This document shows, one piece after another, positions 19,098-30,180 of a stretch of 64,000 nucleotides of DNA (the first letter of the stretch is position 1; the number at the start of each line of letters is the position of its first letter). This DNA comes from Acidobacteriota bacterium. Its GTDB lineage: Bacteria > Acidobacteriota > Vicinamibacteria > Vicinamibacterales > CAVVIG01. The notes under the pieces are model-generated. The model saw only the letters and a program-made list of their open reading frames with translations. It was not told where the DNA came from and did not search any database. The stretch covers positions 573 to 64,572 of the forward strand of contig QHWB01000040.1 in NCBI GenBank assembly GCA_003222395.1, read 5' to 3'. The translations under genes were made by a program, and so were the position numbers.

Positions 19098-21161
19098 CTA
19101 CGCGAGGTGGAGCGCGGTAATCACCACGTCGATGATCTTGATGCCGATGAAGGGCACGATGACCCCTCCGGCGCCGTAGATCAGCAGATTCCGCCGGAGC
19201 AGCGCCTCGGCGGTCATCGCGCGGTACGCGACGCCGTGCAGCGCCAGCGGAACGAGCGCGACGATGATCAGGGCATTGAAGATCACGGCCGACAGAATCG
19301 CCGACTCGGGCGTCTTCAACCCCATGACGTTCAACGTCATCAGCACCGGGAACGTCGCTGAGAACATCGCCGGGATGATCGCGAAGTACTTCGCGACGTC
19401 GTTGGCGATCGAGAACGTCGTCAGCGCGCCGCGCGTCATGAGCAGCTGCTTCCCGATCTCGACGATGTCGATCAGCTTGGTGGGGCTCGAATCGAGGTCC
19501 ACCATGTTGCCGGCCTCTCTCGCCGCCTGCGTGCCGCTGTTCATCGCGACGCCGACATCCGCCTGAGCGAGCGCCGGCGCGTCGTTCGTGCCGTCGCCGG
19601 TCATCGCGACCAGCCTGCCGTCCTGCTGCTCGCGGCGAATCAGCCGCATCTTGTCCTCGGGCGTCGCTTCCGCCATGAAATCGTCGACGCCGGCCTCGGC
19701 CGCAATCGATGCGGCGGTCAACGGGTTGTCGCCGGTGATCATCACCGTCCGGATGCCCATCGCGCGCAGGTCGTTGAAGCGCTCGCGGATGCCGCCCTTC
19801 ACGATGTCCTTGAGGTGGACGACGCCGAGCGGCCGCGTGCGCTCCGCCACGACGAGCGGCGTGCCGCCAGAGCGCGAGATCCGCTCGACGATCGCCTGCA
19901 GGTTCACCGGCATGGCGCCGCCGTTGGCGGCGACGAACCGGCCGATGGCGTCCGCCGCGCCTTTGCGCACCTGGCGGCCGTTGAGATCGACGCCGGACAT
20001 GCGCGTCTGCGCCGTGAACGGCACGAACACGGCGCGCTTGTCGGCGAGCTCGCGACCGCGGATGCCGTATCTCTCCTTGGCGAGGACAACGATCGAGCGC
20101 CCCTCGGGCGTTTCGTCGGCGAGCGACGACAGCTGCGCGGCATCGGCGAGCTCGCGCTCATTGACGCCGTCGAGCGCCACGAATTCGGCTGCCTGGCGGT
20201 TGCCGAGGGTGATCGTTCCGGTCTTGTCGAGGAGCAGGGTGTGCACGTCGCCCGCAGCTTCCACCGCGCGCCCCGACGTCGCCAGCACGTTGCGCTGCAC
20301 GAGCCGGTCCATGCCGGCGATGCCGATCGCCGACAACAGCCCGCCAATCGTCGTCGGAATCAGGCACACGAGCAGCGCGACGAGCACGAACACCGACTGC
20401 GGCGCGCCCGAGTACATCGCGAACGGCTGCAGCGTCACGACCGCGAGCAGAAAGATGATCGTGAGCCCCGCCAGCAGGATGTTGAGAGCGATCTCGTTCG
20501 GCGTTTTCTGACGCTCGGCGCCCTCGACCAGCGCGATCATGCGGTCGAGGAACGCGTGGCCGGGATCCGAGGTCACGCGGACCTTGATCCAGTCCGACAG
20601 CACGCGCGTCCCGCCCGTCACCGCCGATCGATCGCCGCCCGACTCGCGAATCACCGGGGCCGATTCGCCGGTAATCGCCGATTCGTCGACCGACGCGACG
20701 CCTTCGATGATTTCGCCGTCGGCGGGAATGAACTCGCCGGCGCCGACGAGAACCACATCGTCCTTCCTCAGCGATGTCGCAGGCACTTCTTCATATGGCG
20801 TCCGATTCGAGCCGGACCCGACAGATGGGCCGATGAGTCGCTTCGCGATGCTCTCCGTGCGCGCCTTGCGCAGAGTGTCGGCCTGCGCCTTGCCCCGCCC
20901 TTCAGCCATCGCTTCGGCGAAGTTCGCGAACAGCACCGTGAGCCACAGCCAGAAGGTGATTTGGATTTCGAACCCCAGACCCGGCCGGCCAGCCGTCATG
21001 TCGCGCAGCAATGCGACCGTGGTGAGCGCGCTGCCGACCTCGACGACGAACACCACGGGGTTTCTGGCCATGGTCCGCGGATGCAGCTTGCCGATCACAT
21101 CGCGCGCCGCGCCGCGCACGATGCCGGGGTCCCAGATGGACAGTTGTTTTGCGTGCGACAT
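19098..21161 (-). CDS. kdpB: K+-transporting P-type ATPase subunit B
   Basis: From ATG 21161: [15 protein letters not shown]... with DKTGTIT (phosphorylation site), TGDN and [18 protein letters not shown]. Its ATG overlaps the kdpA stop (TAATG). Confidence 0.95.
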   Translation of the reverse strand: MSHAKQLSIWDPGIVRGAARDVIGKLHPRTMARNPVVFVVEVGSALTTVALLRDMTAGRPGLGFEIQITFWLWLTVLFANFAEAMAEGRGKAQADTLRKARTESIAKRLIGPSVGSGSNRTPYEEVPATSLRKDDVVLVGAGEFIPADGEIIEGVASVDESAITGESAPVIRESGGDRSAVTGGTRVLSDWIKVRVTSDPGHAFLDRMIALVEGAERQKTPNEIALNILLAGLTIIFLLAVVTLQPFAMYSGAPQSVFVLVALLVCLIPTTIGGLLSAIGIAGMDRLVQRNVLATSGRAVEAAGDVHTLLLDKTGTITLGNRQAAEFVALDGVNERELADAAQLSSLADETPEGRSIVVLAKERYGIRGRELADKRAVFVPFTAQTRMSGVDLNGRQVRKGAADAIGRFVAANGGAMPVNLQAIVERISRSGGTPLVVAERTRPLGVVHLKDIVKGGIRERFNDLRAMGIRTVMITGDNPLTAASIAAEAGVDDFMAEATPEDKMRLIRREQQDGRLVAMTGDGTNDAPALAQADVGVAMNSGTQAAREAGNMVDLDSSPTKLIDIVEIGKQLLMTRGALTTFSIANDVAKYFAIIPAMFSATFPVLMTLNVMGLKTPESAILSAVIFNALIIVALVPLALHGVAYRAMTAEALLRRNLLIYGAGGVIVPFIGIKIIDVVITALHLA

Positions 21162-22891
21162 TAGAACACCTGCCCGTGATTCATCAGCAGATGCTCGACG
21201 ATCGGTCCGAGGCTCAGCGCCGGGAAGAACGTCAGCGCGCCGACGATGAGGACGACGCTCACGAGGAGCGAGGCGAACAGCGGCGTCGTGACCGGGAACG
21301 TTCCCGAGGACGGCGCAACGCGTTTCTTGCGCCCGAGGCTGCCGGCAATCGCGAGCGTCGGGATGATCATGAAGAAGCGGCCGACGAGCATCGCCAACCC
21401 GATCGTCGCGTTGTACCACTTCGTGTTCGCGTTCAAGCCGGCGAACGCAGAGCCGTTGTTCCCCGTTCCCGACGCGAAGGCGTAGAGGATTTCGGACAAT
21501 CCGTGCGGCCCGCGGTTGCTCAGGCTCGCCAGCCCGAATGTCGGCGAGAGCACCGAGATGCCGGTGAGCGCGAGGATGACCAGCGGGAAGACGAGCACGC
21601 CGAGCATGGCCATCTGCACGTCATAGGACTGGATCTTCTTTCCGAGGTACTCGGGCGTGCGCCCGACCATCAAACCGGCGATGAACACCGACAGGACGAT
21701 GAAAACGAGGATGCCGTACATGCCGGCGCCGACGCCGCCGAAGATGACTTCCCCGAGCACGATGTTGACGAGCGGCACCATGCCGCCGAGCGGCGTGAAC
21801 GAGTCGTGCCAGCTGTTGACGGCGCCGCAGCTCGCGTCGGTCGTCACCGTGGCGAACAGCGCTGAATTCGCCAGGCCGAATCGCGTCTCCTTGCCTTCCA
21901 TGTTGCCGCCCGGCGCGAGCGCCGTCGTCGTTTGATCGGCGCCGGCGGCGGCGAGGATCGGATTCCCGCGAGCTTCCGACCAGTAGACCGTCGTCACGCC
22001 GGCGAGGAACAGGAACGCCATCGCGCCCCAGACGGCCCACCCGTGCGCGCGCGATCCGGTCATGTCGCCGAGCGTATAGGTGAGGCCGGCCGAGATCGCC
22101 AGGATGGCGAACATCTCGACGAAGTTCGACAGCGGCGTCGGGTTCTCGAAGGGATGCGCGCTGTTCGCGTTGAAGAAGCCGCCGCCGTTGGTGCCCCACT
22201 CCTTGATGATTTCCTGCGAGGCGACGGGCCCCTGCGCGATCACCTGCTCCTTCGAATCGATCGGCGTCACCGTGTCGTACGGCCGCAGGTTCTGCACGAC
22301 GCCCTGCGATACGAGCAGCAGCGTGCCGGCGACGCAGAACGGCAGCAGCACCCACAGCGTGCAGCGCACGAGGTCGACCCAGAAGTTGCCGATCGAGTCC
22401 CGTTCCTTCTGCGCGATGCCGCGAATGAACGCGATGGCGAGCGCGATGCCGACGGCGGCCGACGCGAAGTTGTGGTACGCGAGGCCCGCCATCTGCGTCA
22501 GGTAGCTCATCGTCGATTCGCCGCTGTACGCCTGCCAGTTGGTGTTCGTCGTGAACGACGCCGCGGTGTTGAACGCGAGGTCTGGCGTAACGGCGCCGAA
22601 CTTCTGCGGATTGACCGGCAGCCACTGCTGCACGCGCTGCATGACGTAGAGCACGAGCATCGACACGCCGCTGAACAGCAGCATCGCGACCGCGTACTCC
22701 GTCCAGTGCATGTCGCGCGTCTCGTCGACGCCGGTCGCCCTGTAGATCGACCGCTCGACGGGACGGAGCACCGGGTCGAGCCACGTGCGCTCGCGAGCGA
22801 ACACGCGCGTCATGAACCGCCCGATGAGCGGCGTGACCGCGAGGATCGCGAGCAGGTACACCAGAATCTGCAGCCAGCCATTCGCTGTCAT
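21161..22891 (-). CDS. kdpA: K+-transporting ATPase subunit A
   Basis: From ATG 22891: [24 protein letters not shown]... 576 aa, polytopic. KdpA selectivity-filter-like repeats ([45 protein letters not shown]). Confidence 0.95.
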   Translation of the reverse strand: MTANGWLQILVYLLAILAVTPLIGRFMTRVFARERTWLDPVLRPVERSIYRATGVDETRDMHWTEYAVAMLLFSGVSMLVLYVMQRVQQWLPVNPQKFGAVTPDLAFNTAASFTTNTNWQAYSGESTMSYLTQMAGLAYHNFASAAVGIALAIAFIRGIAQKERDSIGNFWVDLVRCTLWVLLPFCVAGTLLLVSQGVVQNLRPYDTVTPIDSKEQVIAQGPVASQEIIKEWGTNGGGFFNANSAHPFENPTPLSNFVEMFAILAISAGLTYTLGDMTGSRAHGWAVWGAMAFLFLAGVTTVYWSEARGNPILAAAGADQTTTALAPGGNMEGKETRFGLANSALFATVTTDASCGAVNSWHDSFTPLGGMVPLVNIVLGEVIFGGVGAGMYGILVFIVLSVFIAGLMVGRTPEYLGKKIQSYDVQMAMLGVLVFPLVILALTGISVLSPTFGLASLSNRGPHGLSEILYAFASGTGNNGSAFAGLNANTKWYNATIGLAMLVGRFFMIIPTLAIAGSLGRKKRVAPSSGTFPVTTPLFASLLVSVVLIVGALTFFPALSLGPIVEHLLMNHGQVF

Positions 22892-22980
22892 CAGAACCTT
22901 TCCGGCTTCAGCAGCGCGTACGTGAGATACACGAGCAGTCCGGCGCTCACGACGAGGCCGACGATGGAGTCGATCGTCAT
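22891..22980 (-). CDS. kdpF: K+-transporting ATPase subunit F (29 aa)
   Basis: MTIDSIVGLVVSAGLLVYLTYALLKPERF has the typical KdpF length and a LLxPERF C-terminus. Its TGA overlaps the kdpA ATG (TGATG). It corresponds only to the last 29 codons of track ORF 22891..23361. Confidence 0.85.
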   Translation of the reverse strand: MTIDSIVGLVVSAGLLVYLTYALLKPERF

Positions 22981-23069
22981 CGATCGCCTCCGAGCCGGGC
23001 GCACGCGTGCACGTACGCAATCGCGATCGCAAAGAACGTGACGGTGATGAGAACGAAGAGCGCGTCCAT
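22977..23069 (-). CDS. Unannotated 30-codon single-TM micro-ORF translationally coupled to kdpF
   Basis: Hand translation of the minus strand gives MDALFVLITVTFFAIAIAYVHACARLGGDR followed by a stop. ATG at 23069 lies 3 nt after the porin stop. Its TGA overlaps the kdpF ATG (ATGA at 22977-22980). It is below the ORF-track size cut-off. Confidence 0.5.
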   Translation of the reverse strand: MDALFVLITVTFFAIAIAYVHACARLGGDR

Positions 23070-23072
23070 GGT

Positions 23073-24215
23073 TCACCGATGGAAAGTTCCGTCGAACGTC
23101 AGAATCAACGCGATGGCGAACAGATTCTGGGTCGGCGAGAGGTGATTGTCGGCGCCGGCGAAGAACCCTCCGCCACTCCCGCGCGAGTCGTCTAGGCGGT
23201 ACTCGGTGCGCACGATCGCCTGTGTCGTCTGCAGCGGGACGCGGTACTCGAGCGTGCCGGTCACCGCTTTGATCGCCTGCGGGAACCCGGTCCACCGGCC
23301 GTCGCTGTCCCACGCAATCTCGGGACGCACCGTCGCACTGAACGGTCCGGCGAGCGACCAATGAATCGGAAGCTGCGCCGACATCCAGTACGCGCGCGAC
23401 GCGATCGCATCATCTACGCGCTCGGTACTCACCTGATATTCGAACGCGGTCGTGACGCGGCTCGTCTTGCGCTCGAGGATCGTGTCGGACAGCACGCGCC
23501 AGAAGCCCAACGACGTGTCGTTCTGATGTGGGCCGTAGAGAACCGTTTCTTTGACGGTCACCGTGTCGTTCGGTTTGAACGCGAGCTGCGCCCCGGACGT
23601 CGGCACGCTGTTCGCGTTGGCCAGATGCCAATAACCGTTGATCAGAATTCCGGTCACGGTCAGACGAGGCGTCGCCGGATACGCGGCGTTGACGCCGAGC
23701 ATCAGGTACGGCGTATAGTCCGCGCCCCACGGTCGGGTGTAATTGAAGTTGTCTTTCGCGTACAGCGAGTCGTAGCCGATCAGGCTGTTGAAGATGCCGC
23801 CCTGAATGGTGAGCCCCTTCGCGACCGGTGCGACGTACGCGACGCTGGTCGGCCCCAGATGACGCAGGACATCGGCCCCGCCCATGATCGGCGCCGTGCT
23901 CGAGAATCCAAACGTCTTCGAATCCTCGCCGGTCTGCGCCGTCAATTCCAACATCCATCGCGACGCTGCGGATCGCGGCTGACGGATATGGAACGCGAGC
24001 ATGTTGACGTCGAGCTCGTCCACTCGCGGCGTCGTGCCGCGGCTGCGAAAGAGATGACTGGCAGGATCGTTGGCGTCCGCGAGCAGGCCGGCGTCGATGA
24101 AGGCGCCGTACTCAACAGCCGTCCGAGATTGTCCGCTTGCGGAAGGGACGAACATGACCGTGCAAAGAATTGCCGCACCGCTAGCCCGCCGCGTTGATGC
24201 GCGCGAAGACGACAT
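23073..24215 (-). CDS. Outer-membrane beta-barrel porin-like protein inside the kdp cluster
   Basis: From ATG 24215: MSSSRASTRRASGAAILCTVMFVPSASGQ (signal peptide), then ~350 aa of alternating amphipathic beta-strand pattern rich in Y/G/T, with an aromatic-rich C-terminus (LILTFDGTFHR). The track ORF 23073..24596 is extended upstream. Confidence 0.7.
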   Translation of the reverse strand: MSSSRASTRRASGAAILCTVMFVPSASGQSRTAVEYGAFIDAGLLADANDPASHLFRSRGTTPRVDELDVNMLAFHIRQPRSAASRWMLELTAQTGEDSKTFGFSSTAPIMGGADVLRHLGPTSVAYVAPVAKGLTIQGGIFNSLIGYDSLYAKDNFNYTRPWGADYTPYLMLGVNAAYPATPRLTVTGILINGYWHLANANSVPTSGAQLAFKPNDTVTVKETVLYGPHQNDTSLGFWRVLSDTILERKTSRVTTAFEYQVSTERVDDAIASRAYWMSAQLPIHWSLAGPFSATVRPEIAWDSDGRWTGFPQAIKAVTGTLEYRVPLQTTQAIVRTEYRLDDSRGSGGGFFAGADNHLSPTQNLFAIALILTFDGTFHR

Positions 24216-24588
24216 CGTGACCCCACTGCTGCAGACGCCGCGCAAGCCGCTGATCGACCGTCGGCCACCACCATCGCCGCCGTCCGCCGACGACGATGCG
24301 CGAATGCCTGGCGAGCATCCACCGGAACACGTCGTCGATGCGGCGACATACGCACAGGCGGACGACCGCGTCGACGCCCGCGGCCGTGGCCATTGCCCGA
24401 TACCGGTCGGTGATCGCGGTCGTTTCGCGCGGGTCGGCCGGCGGCGAGAAGCACGACAGGACGTGCGGCACGAGCAGCACGACGCGAGGATGCGATGCCC
24501 GGGCCAGACGCTTCGCCTCGGCCAGCGCGCAGCGCGTTCCTTCTTCATCTGTCGCGAGGATCTGCAGGGCATCGTGAACTGCTTCCAT
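24181..24588 (-). CDS. Hypothetical protein, weakly USP/adenine-nucleotide-alpha-hydrolase-like (135 aa)
   Basis: ATG 24588. High GC3. The pattern ILATDEEGTRCALAEAKRLA...VVLLVPHV ... RIVVGGRRRWWWPT...GHDVVF resembles a degenerate USP fold. It overlaps the porin start by 35 nt, so one of the two starts may be wrong. Confidence 0.45.
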   Translation of the reverse strand: MEAVHDALQILATDEEGTRCALAEAKRLARASHPRVVLLVPHVLSCFSPPADPRETTAITDRYRAMATAAGVDAVVRLCVCRRIDDVFRWMLARHSRIVVGGRRRWWWPTVDQRLARRLQQWGHDVVFARINAAG

Positions 24589-24633
24589 GAGTCCACGATA
24601 GAAACCCGCGCCTGATGGCGGCCGAAAAGGGTC

Positions 24634-25322
<689 letters not shown>

Positions 25323-25326
<4 letters not shown>

Positions 25327-26849
25327 GCTGTCTGCTCCGCGGACGCCGTGGGCCGGCTCTCCGCCGGAACGACGATGGAGAACTGCGCGCCCCCGCCGGC
25401 GCAGTTCTCGGCCCAGATGCGGCCCTGCTCGGCGATCAACATGCCGCGCGCGATCGCCAGACCCATGCCGGTGCCCGCCACACGCCGCGCTGCGCCGGCG
25501 CCGCGATAGAACCGATCGAACAGGTGAGGCAGATCGCCGGCCCCGATGCCCGGGCCATGATCGCGCACGGTCATCGTCAGACCGTCCGATGCCGCGGTCA
25601 AGCGCACCTCGATGGCCGACCCTCCGCTCGTGTATTGCGCCGCGTTCTCGAGCACGTGCGCGAGCGCCGCCGCGGTAAGCCGCGGATCCACGCGGACCAG
25701 CAGGTCGGACTCGGACACGACCTCGATCGGACGATCCCGGATCGTCTGCTCCACCTGCTCGCGTGCCGCCTCGAAGATCTCCGACGGATGCACCCACTGC
25801 CGCTCGGCGGCGACCGCGCCCGCATCGATGCGGGCCATGTCGAGCACGTTCTGAAACAGGCGGTGCAGCCGCTCGACTTCGACGAGGATCACGTCGCTCT
25901 GATCGCGCCGCTCGGAGTCCGCGAGCCACGACGCCTGAAGATTGCTCGCCGCGACGCGAATGGCGGTCAGCGGCGTGCGGAGGTCGTGCGCCAGCGATGC
26001 GAGGAGCGCGGACTTGAGCTCCTCGTTGCGTCGCGCAATCTCGGCCGATTTCCGTTCCTCGAGAAATTGCGTCCGCTCGATGGCGATGGCCGAGACGCCG
26101 GCGATCGCATCGAGCGCGCCCGGCTCGATCGCACGGCCGGCGGCCGCCAGTAACCCGACGGGTTTCGTTCCAAGCCGCAGCGGAACCACGTGCACCGTGC
26201 GGCCGTCGACCCGCGCCGTACGATGGCCGGCGTAGGTCCGCGCGCGCGCATCGAATTCGAGCGCACGATCCGCGGCGCGGAACGCCTCCGACAGCTGCGT
26301 CGGATCGAGCGTCACGGAAAGGGTGCCGGCGTCGAACACGTCCCAGTCGCTGCCGCGAGGCAGACAGATGGCCGCAAACGCGAGATCGAACCGCCGGGAA
26401 ATGAACAGGGCAAGCTGCGGGATCGCGTCGCGGCTGTCGGTGGTCAGCAGGATGTCGCGGCTCAGATCGAAGAGCCGGGCCAGCTCGTCGTGCCGCGCCG
26501 TCGCTTCGCGCTCGCGATCGCGGACCGCGGCTGAAAGGTTGCTCGCGATCACGCTGACCGCGAGGAACGCGAACAACGCAGCCCAGTTCTGCGGATCCGC
26601 GATGGTGAAGGTGCCGAACGGCGGCATGAAGAAATAGTTCAGGCAAAGATCGGCGACGCACGAGGCGGCGATTGCGGCCCACAGCGTCGACGCCGCAGCG
26701 GTCACCAGCACGATCAGCAGATAACTGAGGGCGGCGGTCGTGGGGTTGGTGAGATGCAGCCCGACCCGAAAGGCGGCCGTCACCGCGACGATGGCCGCCA
26801 GCGCAAGAGCGAGGATGAGCGCGTCGCGCCGTGCGAAGGATTGACTCAT
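25323..26849 (-). CDS. kdpD: C-terminal half of KdpD: membrane (DUF4118-like) + GAF-like + HisKA + HATPase sensor kinase
   Basis: 508 aa. It starts directly with 3-4 TM helices (ALILALALAAIVAVTAAF..., LSYLLIVLVTAAAS..., NYFFMPPFGTF as in the KdpD TM block), then the H-box LASLAHDLRTPLTAI, and N/G boxes (ENAAQYT, DHGPGIG, GTGMGLAIA). Confidence 0.88.
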
Positions 26850-26853
26850 CGCT

Positions 26854-28692
26854 TCACTGCCGCAGGTGGAACGGGACGCTTGTCACGACCGTGTTCGGCT
26901 TGAACAGCAGCGCCCCCTTGATCAACAGCGCGCGCTGGTTGTGGAACAGGTGATGCCACCACCGTGCCGGCACGAACTCGGGCAGAACGATCGTGACGTA
27001 CCCCTCGGGCTGCTCTGCGGACACGCGCTCGATGTAGTCGAGCAGCGGCTCCATCAACGACCGATAGGGCGATTGAAGCACGACGAGCGGAACGCCGTCG
27101 CCCCACTGTTCCCACTCGCGTTTCAGATGCTCGGTCGCGCTCGTGTCGAGGTTCACGTAAATGGCTCGAACGTCCGACGACAACGTCCGCGCGTAGTCGA
27201 CGGCGCCGACGACGGCGCGCTGGATGCCGCTGATCGGCACGAGCACCGTGTTGTGCCGGCGCGCCCGTCGCTGCCAGCCCCGCAGCGTGAGCTGCGACGC
27301 GACGATGTCGTAGTGCCGCCGCGTGACGCGGAACAGCATGACGTTCAGTGGAATGAGCAGGAGAATAATCCACGCGCCTTCGGCCGCCTTCGTGATCGCC
27401 ACGACGATCAGGACGACCCCCGTGACCAGCGCACCGGCGCCATTAATCGCGGCGCTCGTACGCCAGCCGGCGCCGCCCTCACGCCGCCAATGCAGCACCA
27501 TCCCCGCCTGCGACAGCGTGAACGAGACGAAGACGCCGATCATGTACAGCGGGATGAGCGAATGCGTGTCGCCGCCGAAGGCAACCAGGAGGACGCCGGC
27601 GAAGGCGCTCAGGCCGACGATTCCGTTCGAGAACGCCAGACGGTCGCCCTGGTTCATGAACTGCCGCGGTACGTAGCGGTCGCGCGCGAGAATCGATGCG
27701 AGCCGCGGGAAGTCGGCGTACGCCGTGTTCGCCGCGAGCACCAGGATGAGCATCGTCGCCGCCTGCACGGCATAGTACGCGGCACCGCGATCGCCGAAGA
27801 CGCCGCGCGCGAGCTGCGACACGACGGTCTCCCGCTCGCTCGGCAGGATGTGGTACGTCTGCGACAGCAGCGTGATGCCGAGGAACATCGCGATCGACAA
27901 CACCGCCATCATCAGCATCGTCGCCGCCGCGTTCTTTGCCTCCGGAGGCCTGAACGCCGGCACGCCGTTCGATACCGCCTCCACGCCGGTCATCGCCGTG
28001 CACCCATTGGCGAAGGCTCGCAGGACAAGGAACATCGTCAGCGACGCGCCCTCCGATCGAACGGGGTCCGGCGTCACGACCGGTTGAACGTCACCCGAGA
28101 CGACGCGCCAGATGCCGACGCCGATCAGCCCGAGCGTCGTCACGATGAAGAAATAGGTCGGAATCGCGAAGATGTTGCCGGACTCGCGGATACCCCGCAG
28201 GTTGCCGACCATCAGCACCACGACGAATCCGAGCGTCAGCTCGACGCGGTTCACGTGCCACTGCGGAAACGCCGAGGTGATCGCCGCGACGCCGGCCGCG
28301 ATGCTGACCGCAACGGTCAGAATGTAGTCGATGAGAAGCGATGCCGCGGCGATCAGCGCCGGTAACTCGCCGAGATTGTCCTTCGCGACGATGTAGGCGC
28401 CGCCGCCCGTCGGGTACGCGTGAATGGTCTGCCGGTAGGAAAACACGACGATCGCCAGAATCGTGGCGATGACGATAGCGATCGGCGCCGAAAGGGTCAG
28501 CGCCGCCGCCCCCGTCAGAATCAGCACGCGGAGGATTTCTTCGGTTGCGTAGGCAACCGAGGAAAGCGCGTCGGACGAGAGAACGGCGAGACCGGTGACG
28601 CGAGAGAGCCGCTCGTGGTGGGCGAGATGCGCCGGGATCGGTTTGCCGACGACGAACCGCTTGAACTGCGAAAGAAGCCCTTCTTCGGGCAC
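26854..28692 (-). CDS. kimA: KimA-type K+/H+ symporter (APC superfamily, formerly YdaO family), 612 aa
   Basis: GTG 28692 with GGAAGGG upstream. FKRFVVGKPI, LAVLSSDALSSVAYATEEIL, YPTGGGAYIVAKDNLG and LLIDYILTVAVSIAAG match my recollection of B. subtilis KimA. About 12 TM plus a ~150-aa cytoplasmic C-domain. Preceded by a ydaO-class riboswitch. Confidence 0.75.
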   Translation of the reverse strand: MPEEGLLSQFKRFVVGKPIPAHLAHHERLSRVTGLAVLSSDALSSVAYATEEILRVLILTGAAALTLSAPIAIVIATILAIVVFSYRQTIHAYPTGGGAYIVAKDNLGELPALIAAASLLIDYILTVAVSIAAGVAAITSAFPQWHVNRVELTLGFVVVLMVGNLRGIRESGNIFAIPTYFFIVTTLGLIGVGIWRVVSGDVQPVVTPDPVRSEGASLTMFLVLRAFANGCTAMTGVEAVSNGVPAFRPPEAKNAAATMLMMAVLSIAMFLGITLLSQTYHILPSERETVVSQLARGVFGDRGAAYYAVQAATMLILVLAANTAYADFPRLASILARDRYVPRQFMNQGDRLAFSNGIVGLSAFAGVLLVAFGGDTHSLIPLYMIGVFVSFTLSQAGMVLHWRREGGAGWRTSAAINGAGALVTGVVLIVVAITKAAEGAWIILLLIPLNVMLFRVTRRHYDIVASQLTLRGWQRRARRHNTVLVPISGIQRAVVGAVDYARTLSSDVRAIYVNLDTSATEHLKREWEQWGDGVPLVVLQSPYRSLMEPLLDYIERVSAEQPEGYVTIVLPEFVPARWWHHLFHNQRALLIKGALLFKPNTVVTSVPFHLRQ

Positions 28693-28699
28693 GACACCC

Positions 28700-28880
28700 T
28701 TCCACAGCCGGCGGGGTTAGCTGGCGGGCTCGAGGTTGGAAGGTCCTCTATTCACCGTCGCCCTTCAGGCGAAAGTGCAATGCGCCCCTGAGGCGGCTCG
28801 ACGCCTCGTTGGTTCCCCCGCGCGCCCAGGCGTGGCGTGGGCGCTTAGGCCATTCTCCTGCGATCGTAGCGCGCAACAGG
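28700..28880 (-). promoter_or_regulatory. c-di-AMP riboswitch (ydaO/kimA class) in the kimA 5' leader
   Basis: The minus strand reads ...CGCGCUACGAUC-[hairpin GCGCCCA..UGGGCGC]-GCGGGGGAACCAA ... GACGGUGAAUAG ... CCUCGAGCCCGCCAGCUAACCCCGCCGGC, ending 15 nt before the SD. From memory, these match the conserved ydaO segments GCU.AAUC, GAGCGGGGGACCCA, GGUGAAUCC and ACCCGUCAGCUAACCUCGUAAGC. Confidence 0.7.
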
Positions 28881-28918
28881 AATCGTGAACGGTCGTTTAG
28901 TACTTTTTTAGTACTTTG

Positions 28919-29320
28919 TCAGATCGCCTGCTTTGCGGATCGACCGATTGCGGCCGAGATCGTTTCGGTGAGCTTCTGCTGCGAGCACGGCTTGGTGAGC
29001 ACCGCGAACGCGCCGGCGACGAGCGCCTTGAGGCGCACGTGCTCCTCGACGCCAGTGAGGATAATCACGGGAATCCCCTCCGTGACCGGATCGGATTTCA
29101 GGCGGCGGCACACCTCGAAGCCATCCATCTCGGGCATGCAGATGTCCAGCACGACGACCGACGGCTGATGGTCCTCGGCGAGCAGGAGGGCCTGCCGCCC
29201 GGATGAGGCGCACAGCGTTTCGAAGTCGGCCCCGAGCATCATTTGATAGAGGTTGCGCTGCTCGGTGGAATCGTCGACCAGCAGGACCGCCGGGCGAGAA
29301 TGCGATGGCTCGGAACCCAT
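28919..29320 (-). CDS. Single-domain CheY-like response regulator
   Basis: PAVLLVDDSTEQRNLY...SVVVLDICMPEMDG...VIILTG...LTKP has all canonical receiver residues. The start is ATG 29320 or TTG 29344. Confidence 0.85.
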   Translation of the reverse strand: MGSEPSHSRPAVLLVDDSTEQRNLYQMMLGADFETLCASSGRQALLLAEDHQPSVVVLDICMPEMDGFEVCRRLKSDPVTEGIPVIILTGVEEHVRLKALVAGAFAVLTKPCSQQKLTETISAAIGRSAKQAI

Positions 29321-29427
29321 ATTTGAAATCCCGACATTATTCAACGAGCGGGACCGCTCGGGCTACGCTTTCTGCGGTGACAGCGGGGACCTGCGGGCAG
29401 CTAGCAACAAACGTTCCACCACGTTGC

Positions 29428-30180
29428 CTATCCCACCCATCCGATGGTGGCGTACAGACAAAAATCAGTGATCAGATGCAGCTCTCCGTCAGCTTCGCGT
29501 TCGGCTTCTCGGATCCGGGCGACGCCAGACTGGAATTCGTCGGGTGTCAGCACCGTCAGCTGCGAGGTGAACGACGTGTCGATCACGCCGTTCGCCATCG
29601 CGTCCGACGCCAGCGAGTCTGCTTCGATTCGATCGGCTTCGACCGATTCGGCCCACGCGAAACCGGCCTCGGTCAACTCGCCCCGGAGGATGCGCACGGG
29701 CGCGAACCGCGCCCGATCGATGGCGCGCGTCTCGGGAAAGTAGTCGTACACCCACCAGTTGTCGCGCTCGGCGTGCGGATCCTTCCCAATCGACAGGAGT
29801 CCGCCTCCGGGTTTCAGCACGCGACGCGCCTCGCGGAAGAAGCGCGCGCGATCGGCGAAGTGGTGCAGCGCGTTGACGCAGACGAGGCGATCGAAGGTGG
29901 CGTCGCGACAGGGCAGCATCTCGGCGCGCGCGCGGATCAGATGCGCCGTCGATGCAACGCGACGTGCGCGCTCGAGCATCGGCATCGACGGATCGACGCC
30001 GGCGAGCCGGCTCGCGGACGGCGCCGCCACCTGCAGCCAATGACCGGTTCCACAGCCGACTTCGAGCGTCGAGGGACGGGCGGACCCGAGGAACTGGTTC
30101 AATGTGTCACGAACGCCGTCGTACCGATACAGCTCGTAGCGACGATCGAAGCGATCGGCGATTGCATCGTAATTGGTCAC
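29428..30180 (-). CDS. Class I SAM-dependent methyltransferase
   Basis: 250 aa from GTG 30180. Motif I TLEVGCGTGHW, DRLVCVNALHHF, LKPGGGLL. Confidence 0.85.
   Translation of the reverse strand: MTNYDAIADRFDRRYELYRYDGVRDTLNQFLGSARPSTLEVGCGTGHWLQVAAPSASRLAGVDPSMPMLERARRVASTAHLIRARAEMLPCRDATFDRLVCVNALHHFADRARFFREARRVLKPGGGLLSIGKDPHAERDNWWVYDYFPETRAIDRARFAPVRILRGELTEAGFAWAESVEADRIEADSLASDAMANGVIDTSFTSQLTVLTPDEFQSGVARIREAEREADGELHLITDFCLYATIGWVG

Noticed and set aside
22891-23361. 156-aa ORF covering kdpF and the porin 3' end
   Set aside because: Only the last 29 codons (the KdpF consensus) are credible. The rest overlaps the porin gene out of frame.
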